A DNA stretch of 64,000 nt from Heterodontus francisci (lineage: Eukaryota): positions 32,892,430 through 32,956,429 of the forward strand of contig NC_090399.1 in the NCBI RefSeq assembly GCF_036365525.1. The letters are read 5' to 3'. Position numbers and translations under genes: made by a program. Positions 8,519-21,100 of this stretch are shown here, in pieces (positions within the stretch are counted from its first letter, which is position 1; every line of letters begins with the position of its first letter). A model generated the notes under the pieces. It made no database searches. It worked only from the letters and a program-made list of their open reading frames with translations, and had not been told where the DNA came from.

Positions 8519-8812
8519 TTTTTTTTTATTTGTTCATGGGATGTGGGCATCGCTGGCTGGGACAACTTTTATTACCCATCCCTAATTGCCCTTGAACTGA
8601 TTGGCTTGTTATGCCATTTCAAGGGGCATTTAAGAGACAACCCCATTGCTGTGGCTCTGGAGTCACATGGAGGCCAGACCAGGTAAAGACAGAAGATTTG
8701 CTTCTCTAAAGGACATTAGTGAACCAGATGGGTTTTTACAACAATGGTTTCATGACCGTCGTTAGACTTGTTTTTAATTCCAGATTTTTATTAATTGAAT
8801 TCAACTCCACCT
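8519..8812 (-). mobile_element. Elasmobranch SINE-like interspersed repeat (family not assigned)
   Basis: A poly-T start (poly-A tail on the minus strand) is followed by catgggatgtgggcatcgctggc...aaggacattagtgaaccagatgggttttt, recalled as an abundant shark SINE body. Confidence 0.65.
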
Positions 8813-8947
8813 CCCCAAGCAGTGATTCCTGACTTTGATAACCCACCACGAATCCAGTTGGGTGGGACATTTCCAGTATTTCCATATGGAAGTGAATCAC
8901 CCTGGACAGTTGGATGTGGAAAGGCAATATAAACAAAACGCCCCATT

Positions 8948-9060
8948 TTAAAGTGGGTGCAGGAACAGAGAGACCTGCGGGTGGCTGTACACAAATCTCT
9001 GAAGGTGTCAGGACAAATTGAGAAGGGCTGTTAGAAAAGCATCACACTCCGGGGCTTTAT
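8948..9060 (+). mobile_element. Short degraded CR1 ORF2 fragment
   Basis: Translates LKWVQEQRDLRVAVHKSLKVSGQIEK, matching INVQRDLGVQVHCSLKVATQVNR in the CR1 copy at 4962-5369. Confidence 0.75.
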
Positions 9061-9061
9061 A

Positions 9062-9167
9062 GTGTCAGCCTTGGATCAGTGGTTAACACACTCACTGCTG
9101 AGTTAGAAGGTGGTGGTTTGTAGAGATTCCATTGACTGGAGCACGAAGATCTCGTCTGACAAGGGAG
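9062..9167 (+). mobile_element. tRNA-derived SINE head (Deu-domain/SacSINE1-like), cut off by the satellite
   Basis: gtgtcagccttggatcagtggttaacacactcactgctgagttagaaggtggtggttt...gagcac..atct..gtctgaca has an A-box-like TGGATCAGTGG and a degenerate B-box region. It resembles the 5' end of shark Deu-domain SINEs as recalled. Confidence 0.6.
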
Positions 9168-12100
9168 CGGTGGGAGGGTCAGTGCTGCACGATGTGAGGG
9201 TCAGCGCTGCACGATGTGAGGGTCAGCGCTGCACGATGTGAGGGTCAGCGCTGCACGATGTGAGGGTCAGCGCTGCACGGTGGGAGGGTCAGCGCTGCAC
9301 GGTGGGAGGGTCAGCGCTGCACGGTGGGAGGGTCAGCGCTGCACGGTGGGAGGGTCAGCGCTGCACGGTGGGAGGGTCAGCGCTGCACGGTGGGAGGGTC
9401 AGCGCTGCACGATGTGAGGGTCAGCGCTGCACGGTGGGAGGGTCAGCGCTGCACGGTGGGAGGGTCAGCGCTGCACGGTGGGAGGGTCAGCGCTGCACGG
9501 TGGGAGGGTCAGCGCTGCACGGTGGGAGGGTCAGCGCTGCACGGTGGGAGGGTCAGCGCTGCACGGTGGGAGGGTCAGCGCTGCACGGTGGGAGGGTCAG
9601 CGCTGCACGGTGTGAGGGTCAGCGCTGCACGCTGTGAGGGTCAGCGCTGCACGCTGTGAGGGTCAGCGCTGCACGCTGTGAGGGACAGGGCTGCACGCTG
9701 TGAGGGACAGGGCTGCACGCTGTGAGGGACAGGGCTGCACGCTGTGAGGGACAGGGCTGCACGCTGTGAGGGTCAGGGCTGCACGCTGTGAGGGTCAGGG
9801 CTGCACGCTGTGAGGGTCAGGGCTGCACGCTGTGAGGGTCAGGGCTGCACGGTGGGAGGGTCAGGGCTGCACGGTGGGAGGGTCAGGGCTGCACGATGGG
9901 GGGGGGGTCAGCGCTGCACGATGCGGGGGGGTCAGTGCTGAAAGGTGGGAGGGTCAGTGCTGCACAATGGGGGGGTCAGTGCTGCACGATGTAGGGGTCA
10001 GTGCTGGAAGGTGGGAGGGTCAGTGCTGCACGATGGGGGGGTCAGTGCTGAAAGGTGGGAAGGTCAGTGCTGCACGGCGTGAGGGTCAGCGCTGCACAAT
10101 GTGAGGGTCAGCGCTGCACAATGTGAGGGTCAGCGCTGCAAGGTGGGAGGGTCAGTGCTGCACGATGTGAGGGTCAGTGCTGCACGATGTGAGGGTCAGT
10201 GCTGCAAGGTGGGAGGGTCAGTGCTGCAAGGTGGGAGGGTCAGTGCTGCACGATGTGAGGGTCAGTGCTGCACGATGTGAGGGTCAGTGCTGCACGATGT
10301 GAGGGTCAGTGCTGCACGATGTGAGGGTCAGTGCTGCACGATGTGAGGGTCAGCGCTGCACGATGTGAGGGTCAGCGCTGCACAGTGGGAGGGTCAGCGC
10401 TGCACAGTGGGAGGGTCAGCGCTGCACGCTGTGAGGGTCAGCGCTGCACGCTGTGAGGGTCAGCGCTGCACGATGGGGGGGTCAGGGCTGCACGATGGGG
10501 GGATCAGTGCTGAAAGGTGGGAGGGTCAGTGCTGCACAATGGGGGGGTCAGTGCTGCACGATGTAGGGGTCAGTGCTGGAAGGTGGGAGGGTCAGTGCTG
10601 AAAGGTGGGAGGGTCAGTGCTGCACGATGTGGGGGTCAGTGCTGCACGATGTAGGGGTCAGTGCTGGAAGGTGGGAGGGTCAGTGCTGCACGATGGGGGG
10701 TCAGTGCTGCACGATGGGGGGGTCAGTGCTGCAAGGTGGGTGGGTCAGTGCTGCAAGGTGGGTGGGTCAGTGCTGCAAGGTGGGTGGGTCAGTGCTGCAC
10801 GATGGGGGGTCAGTGCTGCAAGGTGGGTGGGTCAGTGCTGCACGATGGGGGGTCAGTGCTGCACGATGGGGGGGTCACTGCTGCAAGGTGGGTGGGTCAG
10901 TGCTGCAAGGTGGGTGGGTCAGTGCTGCAAGGTGGGTGGGTCAGTGCTGCACGATGGGGGGTCAGTGCTGCAAGGTGGGTGGGTCAGTGCTGCACGATGG
11001 GGGGGTCAGTGCTGCACGATGGAGGGTCAGTGCTGCACGATGGGGGGGTCAGTGCTGCACGATGGGGGGGTCAGTGCTGCACGATGGGGGGGTCAGTGCT
11101 GCACGATGGGGGGGTCAGTGCTGCACGATGGAGGGTCAGTGCTGCACGATGGTGGGGTCAGTGCTGCAAGGTGGGAGGGTCAGTGCTGCACGATGTGAGG
11201 GTCAGCGCTGCACGATGTGAGGGTCAGCGCTGCACGATGTGAGGGTCAGCGCTGCACGATGTGAGGGTCAGCGCTGCACGATGTGAGGGTCAGCGCTGCA
11301 CGATGTGAGGGTCAGCGCTGCACGATGTGGGGATCAGCGCTGCACGATGTGGGGATCAGCGCTGCACGCTGTGAGGGTCAGCGCTGCACGATGGGGGGGT
11401 CAGCGCTGCACGATGGGGGGGTCAGCGCTGCACGGTGGGAGGGTCAGCGCTGCACGATGTGCGGGTCAGCGCTGCACGATGGGGGGGTCAGTGCTGAAAG
11501 GTGGGACGGTCAGTGCTGTACGATGGGGGGGGTCAGTGCTGAAAGGTGGGAGGGTCAGTGCTGCACGATGTGGGGGTCAGTGCTGCACGATGTGGGGGTC
11601 AGTGCTGCACGATGTGGGGGTCAGTGCTGCACGCTGTGAGGGTCAGTGCTGCACGCTGTGAGGGTCAGTGCTGCACGGTGGGGGGGTCAGTGCTGCAAGG
11701 TGGGAGGGTCAGTGCTGCACGATGTGAGGGTCAGTGCTGCACGATGTGAGGGTCAGTGCTGCACGATGGGGGGGTCAGTGCTGAAAGGTGGGAAGGTCAG
11801 TGCTGTACGATGGGGGGGGGGTCAGTGCTGAAAGGTGGGAGGGTCAGTGCTGCACGATGTGGGGGTCAGTGCTGCACGATGGGGGGGGTCAGTGCTGAAA
11901 GGTGGGAGGGTCAGTGCTGCACAATGGGGGGGTCAGTGCTGCACGATGTAGGGGTCAGTGCTGGAAGGTGGGAGGGTCAGTGCTGCACGATGGTGGGGTC
12001 AGTGTTGAAAGGTGGGAGGGTCAGTGCTGCACAATGGGGGGGTCAGTGCTGCACGATGTAGGGGTCAGTGCTGGAAGGTGGGAGGGTCAGTGCTGCACAA

Positions 12101-15100
12101 TGGGAGGGTCAGTGCTGCACAATGGGAGGGTCAGTGCTGCACAATGGGAGGGTCAGTGCTGCACAATGGGGGGGTCAGTGCTGCACAATGGGGGGGTCAG
12201 TGCTGCACGATGTAGGGGTCAGTGCTGGAAGGTGGGAGGGTCAGTGCTGGAAGGTGGGAGGGTCAGTGCTGCAAGATGGGAGGGTCAGGGCTGCAAGATG
12301 GGAGGGTCAGGGCTGCAAGATGGGAGGGTCAGGGCTGCAAGATGGGAGGGTCAGGGCTGCAAGATGGGAGGGTCAGGGCTGCAAGATGGGAGGGTCAGGG
12401 CTGCACGATGGGGGGGTCAGGGCTGCACGATGGGGGGGTCAGTGCTGCACGATGGGGGGGTCAGTGCTGAAAGATGGGAGGGTCAGTGCTGCACGGTGGG
12501 GGGGTCAGAGCTGAAAGGTGGGAGGGTCAGCGCTGCACAGTGGGAGGGTCAGCGCTGCACAGTGGGAGGGTCAGCGCTGCACAGTGGGAGGGTCAGCGCT
12601 GCACAGTGGGAGGGTCAGCGCTGCACAGTGGGAGGGTCAGCGCTGCACAGTGGGAGGGTCAGCGCTGCACAGTGGGAGGGTCAGCGCTGCACGATGGGGG
12701 GGTCAGCGCTGCACGATGGCGGGGTCAGTGCTGCACGATGGCGGGGTCAGTGCTGCAAGGTGGGAGGGTCAGTGCTGCAAGGTGGGAGGGTCAGTGCTGC
12801 AAGGTGGGAGGGTCAGTGCTGCAAGGTGGGAGGGTCAGTGCTGCAAGGTGGGAGGGTCAGTGCTGCAAGGTGGGAGGGTCAGTGCTGCACGATGTGAGGG
12901 TCAGTGCTGCACGATGTGAGGGTCAGTGCTGCACGATGTGAGGGTCAGAGCTGCACGATGTGAGGGTCAGTGCTGCAAGGTGGGAGGGTCAGTGCTGCAA
13001 GGTGGGAGGGTCAGTGCTGCACGATGTGAGGGTCAGCGCTGCACGGCGTGAGGGTCAGCGCTGCACGGCGTGAGGGTCAGCGCTGCACGGCGTGAGGGTC
13101 AGCGCTGCACGGCGTGAGGGTCAGCGCTGCACGGCGTGAGGGTCAGCGCTGCACGGCGTGAGGGTAAGCGCTGCACGGCGTGAGGGTCAGCGCTGCACGG
13201 CGGGAGGGTCAGCGCTGCACTGTGGGAGGGTCAGCGCTGCACGCTGTGAGGGTCAGGGCTGCACGCTGTGAGGGTCAGGGCTGCACGCTGTGAGGGTCAG
13301 GGCTGCACGGTGGGAGGGTCAGCGCTGCACGATGGGGGGGGTCAGCGCTGCACGATGGGGGGGTCAGTGCTGCACGGTGGGGGGATCAGTGCTGAAAGGT
13401 GGGAGGGTCAGTGCTGCACAATGGGGGGGTCAGTGCTGCACGATGTAGGGGTCAGTGCTGGAAGGTGGGAGGGTCAGTGCTGCACGATGGGGGGGTCAGT
13501 GCTGAAAGGTGGGAAGGTCAGTGCTGCACGGCGTGAGGGTCAGCGTTGCACAATGTGAGGGTCAGCGCTGCACAATGTGAGGGTCAGTGCTGCAAGGTGG
13601 GAGGGTCAGTGCTGCACGATGTGAGGGTCAGTGCTGCACGATGTGAGGGTCAGTGCTGCACGATGTGAGGGTCAGTGCTGCAAGGTGGGAGGGTCAGTGC
13701 TGCACGATGTGAGGGTCAGCGCTGCACGGCGTGAGGGTCAGCGCTGCACGGCGGGAGGGTCAGCGCTGCACGGCGGGAGGGTCAGCGCTGCACGGCGGGA
13801 GGGTCAGCGCTGCACGGCGGGAGGGTCAGCGCTGCACGGCGGGAGGGTCAGCGCTGAACGGCGGGAGGGTCAGCGCTGCACGCTGTGAGGGTCAGCGCTG
13901 CACGCTGTGAGGGTCAGCGCTGCACGATGGGGGGATCAGTGCTGAAAGGTGGGAGGGTCAGTGCTGCACAATGGGGGGGTCAGTGCTGCACGATGTAGGG
14001 GTCAGTGCTGGAAGGTGGGAGGGTCAGTGCTGCACGATGTGGGGGTCAGTGCTGCACGATGTAGGGGTCAGTGCTGCACGATGTAGGGGTCAGTGCTGGA
14101 AGGTGGGAGGGTCAGTGCTGCACGATGGGGGGGTCAGTGCTGCAAGGTGGGTGGGTCAGTGCTGCAAGGTGGGTGGGTCAGTGCTGCACGATGGGGGGTC
14201 AGTGCTGCAAGGTGGGTGGGTCAGTGCTGCACGATGGGGGGGTCAGTGCTGCACGATGGAGGGTCAGTGCTGCACGATGGGGGGGTCAGTGCTGCACGAT
14301 GGGGGGGTCAGTGCTGCACGATGGGGGGGTCAGTGCTGCACGATGGGGGGGTCAGTGCTGCACGATGGAGGGTCAGTGCTGCACGATGGTGGGGTCAGTG
14401 CTGCAAGGTGGGAGGGTCAGTGCTGCACGATGTGAGGGACAGCGCTGCACGATGTGAGGGACAGCGCTGCACGATGTGAGGGTCAGCGCTGCACGATGTG
14501 AGGGTCAGCGCTGCACGATGTGAGGGTCAGCGCTGCACGATGTGAGGGTCAGCGCTGCACGATGTGGGGATCAGCGCTGCACGCTGTGAGGGTCAGCGCT
14601 GCACGATGGGGGGGGTCAGCGCTGCACGGTGGGAGGGTCAGCGCTGCACGATGTGAGGGTCAGTGCTGCACGATGGGGGGGTCAGTGCTGAAAGGTGGGA
14701 AGGTCAGTGCTGTACGATGGGGGGGGGTCAGTGCTGAAAGGTGGGAGGGTCAGTGCTGCACGATGTGGGGGTCAGTGCTGCACGCTGTGAGGGTCAGTGC
14801 TGCACGGTGGGGGGATCAGTGCTGAAAGGTGGGAGGGTCAGTGCTGCACAATGGGGGGGTCAGTGCTGCACGATGTAGGGGTCAGTGCTGGAAGGTGGGA
14901 GGGTCAGTGCTGCACGATGGTGGGGTCAGTGCTGAAAGGTGGGAGGGTCAGTGCTGCACAATGGGGGGGTCAGTGCTGCACGATGTAGGGGTCAGTGCTG
15001 GAAGGTGGGAGGGTCAGTGCTGCACAATGGGAGGGTCAGTGCTGCACAATGGGGGGGTCAGTGCTGCACGATGTAGGGGTCAGTGCTGGAAGGTGGGAGG

Positions 15101-18100
15101 GTCAGTGCTGGAAGGTGGGAGGGTCAGTGCTGGAAGGTGGGAGGGTCAGTGCTGCACGATGTGGGGGTCAGTGCTGCACGATGTGGGGGTCAGTGCTGCA
15201 CGCTGTGAGGGTCAGTGCTGCACGCTGTGAGGGTCAGTGCTGCACGGTGGGGGGGTCAGTGCTGCAAGGTGGGAGGGTCAGTGCTGCACGATGTGAGGGT
15301 CAGTGCTGCACGATGTGAGGGTCAGTGCTGCACGATGGGGGGGTCAGTGCTGAAAGGTGGGAAGGTCAGTGCTGTACGATGGGGGGGGTCAGTGCTGAAA
15401 GGTGGGAGGGTCAGTGCTGCACGATGTGGGGGTCAGTGCTGCACGATGGGGGGGTCAGTGCTGCACGATGGGGGGATCAGTGCTGAAAGGTGGGAGGGTC
15501 AGTGCTGCACAATGGGGGGGTCAGTGCTGCACGATGTAGGGGTCAGTGCTGGAAGGTGGGAGGGTCAGTGCTGCACGATGGTGGGGTCAGTGCTGAAAGG
15601 TGGGAGGGTCAGTGCTGCACAATGGGGGGGTCAGTGCTGCACAATGGGGGGGTCAGTGCTGCACGATGTAGGGGTCAGTGCTGGAAGGTGGGAGGGTCAG
15701 TGCTGCACAATGGGAGGGTCAGTGCTGCACAATGGGAGGGTCAGTGCTGCACAATGGGGGGGTCAGTGCTGCACAATGGGGGGGGTCAGTGCTGCACGAT
15801 GTAGGGGTCAGTGCTGGAAGGTGGGAGGGTCAGTGCTGGAAGGTGGGAGGGTCAGTGCTGGAAGGTGGGAGGGTCAGTGCTGCAAGATGGGAGGGTCAGG
15901 GCTGCAAGATGGGAGGGTCAGGGCTGCAAGATGGGAGGGTCAGGGCTGCACGATGGGGGGGTCAGGGCTGCACGATGGGGGGGTCAGTGCTGCACGATGG
16001 GGGGGTCAGTGCTGAAAGATGGGAGGGTCAGTGCTGCACGGTGGGGGGGTCAGAGCTGAAAGGTGGGAGGGTCAGCGCTGCACAGTGGGAGGGTCAGCGC
16101 TGCACAGTGGGAGGGTCAGCGCTGCACAGTGGGAGGGTCAGCGCTGCACGATGGGGGGGTCAGTGCTGCACGATGGCGGGGTCAGTGCTGCACGATGGCG
16201 GGGTCAGTGCTGCAAGGTGGGAGGGTCAGTGCTGCAAGGTGGGAGGGTCAGTGCTGCAAGGTGGGAGGGTCAGTGCTGCACGATGTGAGGGTCAGTGCTG
16301 CACGATGTGAGGGTCAGAGCTGCACGATGTGAGGGTCAGAGCTGCACGATGTGAGGGTCAGTGCTGCAAGGTGGGAGGGTCAGTGCTGCACGATGTGAGG
16401 GTCAGCGCTGCACGGCGTGAGGGTCAGCGCTGCACGGCGTGAGGGTCAGCGCTGCACGGCGTGAGGGTCAGCGCTGCACGGCGTGAGGGTCAGCGCTGCA
16501 CGGCGTGAGGGTAAGCGCTGCACGGCGTGAGGGTCAGCGCTGCACAGCGGGATGGTCAGCGCTGCACTGTGGGAGGGTCAGCGCTGCACTGTGGGAGGGT
16601 CAGCGCTGCACGCTGTGAGGGTCAGGGCTGCACGCTGTGAGGGTCAGGGCTGCACGCTGTGAGGGTCAGGGCTGCACGGTGGGAGGGTCAGCGCTGCACG
16701 ATGGGGGGGGGTCAGCGCTGCACGATGGGGGGGTCAGCGCTGCACGATGGGGGGATCAGTGCTGAAAGGTGGGAGGGTCAGTGCTGCACAATGGGGGGGT
16801 CAGTGCTGCACGATGTAGGGGTCAGTGCTGGAAGGTGGGAGGGTCAGTGCTGCACGATGTAGGGGTCAGTGCTGGAAGGTGGGAGGGTCAGTGCTGCACG
16901 ATGGGGGGGTCAGTGCTGAAAGGTGGGAAGGTCAGTGCTGCACGGCGTGAGGGTCAGCGTTGCACATTGTGAGGGTCAGCGCTGCACAATGTGAGGGTCA
17001 GTGCTGCAAGGTGGGAGGGTCAGTGCTGCACGATGTGAGGGTCAGTGCTGCACGATGTGAGGGTCAGTGCTGCTCGATGTGAGGGTCAGTGCTGCAAGGT
17101 GGGAGGGTCAGTGCTGCAAGGTGGGAGGGTCAGTGCTGCACGGCGTGAGGGTCAGCGCTGCACGGCGTGAGGGTCAGCGCTGCACGGCGTGAGGGTCAGC
17201 GCTGCACGGCGGGAGGGTCAGCGCTGCACGGCGGGAGGGTCAGCGCTGAACGGCGGGAGGGTCAGCGCTGCACGCTGTGAGGGTCAGCGCTGCACGCTGT
17301 GAGGGTCAGCGCTGCACGCTGTGAGGATCAGCGCTGCACGCTGTGGGGGTCAGGGCTGCACGATGGGGGGGTCCGGGCTGCACGATGGGGGGATCAGTGC
17401 TGAAAGGTGGGAGGGTCAGTGCTGCACAATGGGGGGGTCAGTGCTGCACGATGTAGGGGTCAGTGCTGGAAGGTGGGAGGGTCAGTGCTGCACGATGTGG
17501 GGGTCAGTGCTGCACGATGTGGGGGTCAGTGCTGCACGATGTAGGGGTCAGTGCTGCACGATGTAGGGGTCAGTGCTGGAAGGTGGGAGGGTCAGTGCTG
17601 CACGATGGGGGGGTCAGTGCTGCAAGGTGGGTGGGTCAGTGCTGCAAGGTGGGTGGGTCAGTGCTGCACGATGGGGGGTCAGTGCTGCAAGGTGGGTGGG
17701 TCAGTGCTGCACGATGGGGGGGTCAGTGCTGCACGATGGAGGGTCAGTGCTGCACGATGGGGGGGTCAGTGCTGCACGATGGGGGGGTCAGTGCTGCACG
17801 ATGGGGGGGTCAGTGCTGCACGATGGGGGGGTCAGTGCTGCACGATGGAGGGTCAGTGCTGCACGATGGAGGGTCAGTGCTGCACGATGGAGGGTCAGTG
17901 CTGCACGATGGTGGGGTCAGTGCTGCAAGGTGGGAGGGTCAGTGCTGCACGATGTGAGGGACAGCGCTGCACGATGTGAGGGACAGCGCTGCACGATGTG
18001 AGGGTCAGCGCTGCACGATGGGGGGGGTCAGCGCTGCACGATGGGGGGGGTCAGCGCTGCACGGTGGGAGGGTCAGCGCTGCACGGTGGGAGGGTCAGCG

Positions 18101-21100
18101 CTGCACGATGTGAGGGTCAGTGCTGCACGATGGGGGGGTCAGTGCTGAAAGGTGGGAAGGTCAGTGCTGTACGATGGGGGGGGGTCAGTGCTGAAAGGTG
18201 GGAGGGTCAGTGCTGCACGATGTGGGGGTCAGTGCTGCACGCTGTGAGGGTCAGTGCTGCACGGTGGGGGGATCAGTGCTGAAAGGTGGGAGGGTCAGTG
18301 CTGCACAATGGGGGGGTCAGTGCTGCACGATGTAGGGGTCAGTGCTGGAAGGTGGGAGGGTCAGTGCTGCACGATGGTGCGGTCAGTGCTGAAAGGTGGG
18401 AGGGTCAGTGCTGCACAATGGGGGGGTCAGTGCTGCACGATGTAGGGGTCAGTGCTGGAAGGTGGGAGGGTCAGTGCTGCACAATGGGAGGGTCAGTGCT
18501 GCACAATGGGGGGGTCAGTGCTGCACGATGTAGGGGTCAGTGCTGGAAGGTGGGAGGGTCAGTGCTGGAAGGTGGGAGGGTCAGTGCTGGAAGGTGGGAG
18601 GGTCAGTGCTGCAAGATGGGAGGGTCAGTGCTGCAAGATGGGAGGGTCAGTGCTGCAAGATGGGAGGGTCAGGGCTGCACGATGGGGGGGTCAGTGCTGC
18701 ACGATGGGGGGGTCAGTGCTGAAAGATGGGAGGGTCAGGGCTGCACGATGGGGGGGTCAGTGCTGCACGGTGGGGGGATCAGAGCTGAAAGGTGGGAGGG
18801 TCAGCGCTGCACAGTGGGAGGGTCAGCGCTGCACGGTGGGGGGGTCAGTGCTGAAAGGTGGGAGGGTCAGTGCTGCACGATGGGGGGGTCAGTGCTGAAA
18901 GGTGGGAGGGTCTGGGATGCACGATGGGGGGGGTCAGTGCTGAAAGGTGGGTGGGTCAGTGCTGCACGATGTGGGGGTCAGTGCTGCACGATGTGGGGGT
19001 CAGTGCTGCACGATGTGGGGGTCAGTGCTGCAAGGTGGGAGGGTCAGTGCTGCACGATGGGGGGGTCAGTGCTGCACGATGGGGGGGTCAGTGCTGCACG
19101 ATGTGAGGGTCAGTGCTGCACGATGTGAGGGTCAGTGCTGCAAGGTGGGAGGGTCAGTGCTGCAAGGTGGGAGGGTCAGTGCTGCAAGGTGGGAGGGTCA
19201 GTGCTGCACGATGGGGGGATCAGTGCTGAAAGGTGGGAGGGTCAGTGCTGCACAATGGGGGGGTCAGTGCTGCACGATGTGGGGGTCAGTGCTGGAAGGT
19301 GGGAGGGTCAGTGCTGCACGATGGGGGGGGTCAGTGCTGAAAGGTGGGAAGGTCAGTGCTGCACGGCGTGAGGGTCAGCGCTGCACAATGTGAGGGTCAG
19401 TGCTGCACGATGTGAGGGTCAGTGCTGCACGATGTGAGGGTCAGTGCTGCACGATGTGAGGGTCAGTGCTGCACGATGTGAGGGTCAGTGCTGCAAGGTG
19501 GGAGGGTCAGTGCTGCACGGTGGGAGGGTCAGTGCTGCACGATGTGAGGGTCAGTGCTGCACGATGTGAGGGTCAGTGCTGCACGATGTGAGGGTCAGTG
19601 CTGCACGACGTGAGGGTCAGCGCTGCACGGCGTGAGGGTCAGCGCTGCACGGCGTGAGGGTCAGCGCTGCACGGCGGGAGGGTCAGCGCTGCACGGCGGG
19701 AGGGTCAGCGCTGCACGGCGGGAGGGTCAGCGCTGCACGCTGTGAGGGTCAGCGCTGCACGCTGTGAGGGTCAGCGCTGCACGATGGGGGGGTCAGGGCT
19801 GCACGATGGGGGGATCAGTGCTGAAAGGTGGGAGGGTCAGTGCTGCACAATGGGGGGGTCAGTGCTGCACGATGTAGGGGTCAGTGCTGGAAGGTGGGAG
19901 GGTCAGTGCTGAAAGGTGGGAGGGTCAGTGCTGCACGATGTGGGGGTCAGTGCTGCACGATGTAGGGGTCAGTGCTGGAAGGTGGGAGGGTCAGTGCTGC
20001 ACGATGGGGGGTCAGTGCTGCACGATGGGGGGGTCAGTGCTGCAAGGTGGGTGGGTCAGTGCTGCAAGGTGGGTGGGTCAGTGCTGCACGATGGGGGGTC
20101 AGTGCTGCAAGGTGGGTGGGTCAGTGCTGCAAGGTGGGTGGGTCAGTGCTGCACGATGGGGGGGGTCAGTGCTGCACGATGGGGGGGTCAGTGCTGCACG
20201 ATGGGGGGGTCAGTGCTGCACGATGGGGGGGTCAGTGCTGCACGATGGAGGGTCAGTGCTGCACGATGGAGGGTCAGTGCTGCACGATGGAGGGTCAGTG
20301 CTGCACGATGGTGGGGTCAGTGCTGCAAGGTGGGAGGGTCAGTGCTGCACGATGGGGGGGTCAGTGCTGCACGATGGGGGGGTCAGTGCTGCACGATGGG
20401 GGGGTCAGTGCTGCACGATGGGGGGGTCAGTGCTGCACGATGGAGGGGTCAGTGCTGCACGATGGAGGGGTCAGTGCTGCACGATGGAGGGTCAGTGCTG
20501 CACGATGGAGGGTCAGTGCTGCACAATGGTGGGGTCAGTGCTGCAAGGTGGGAGGGTCAGCGCTGCACGATGTGAGGGTCAGCGCTGCACGATGTGAGGG
20601 TCAGCGCTGCACGATGTGAGGGTCAGCGCTGCACGATGTGAGGGTCAGCGCTGCACGATGGGGGGGTCAGTGCTGAAAGGTGGGAAGGTCAGTGCTGTAC
20701 GATGGGGGGGGGTCAGTGCTGAAAGGTGGGAGGGTCAGTGCTGCACGTTGTGGGGGTCAGTGCTGCACGCTGTGAGGGTCAGTGCTGCACGATGGGGGGG
20801 TCAGTGCTGCAAGGTGTGAGGGTCAGTGCTGCACGATGTGAGGGTCAGTGCTGCACGATGGGGGGGTCAGTGCTGAAAGGTGGGAAGGTCAGTGCTGTAC
20901 GATGGGGGGGGGTCAGTGCTGAAAGGTGGGAGGGTCAGTGCTGCACGATGTGGGGGTCAGTGCTGCACGATGGGGGGGTCAGTGCTGCACGACGGGGGGA
21001 TCAGTGCTGAAAGGTGGGAGGGTCAGTGCTGCACAATGGGGGGGTCAGTGCTGGAAGGTGGGAGGGTCAGTGCTGCACGATGGTGGGGTCAGTGCTGAAA

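Noticed and set aside
9062-9140. Genuine tRNA gene
   Set aside because: Only an A-box-like motif is present, the B-box is degenerate and no convincing cloverleaf forms. A SINE head fits better.
9620-9835. Clustered metal-response-element matches (TGCACGC)
   Set aside because: These arise from one monomer variant downstream of the gene, with no promoter context.
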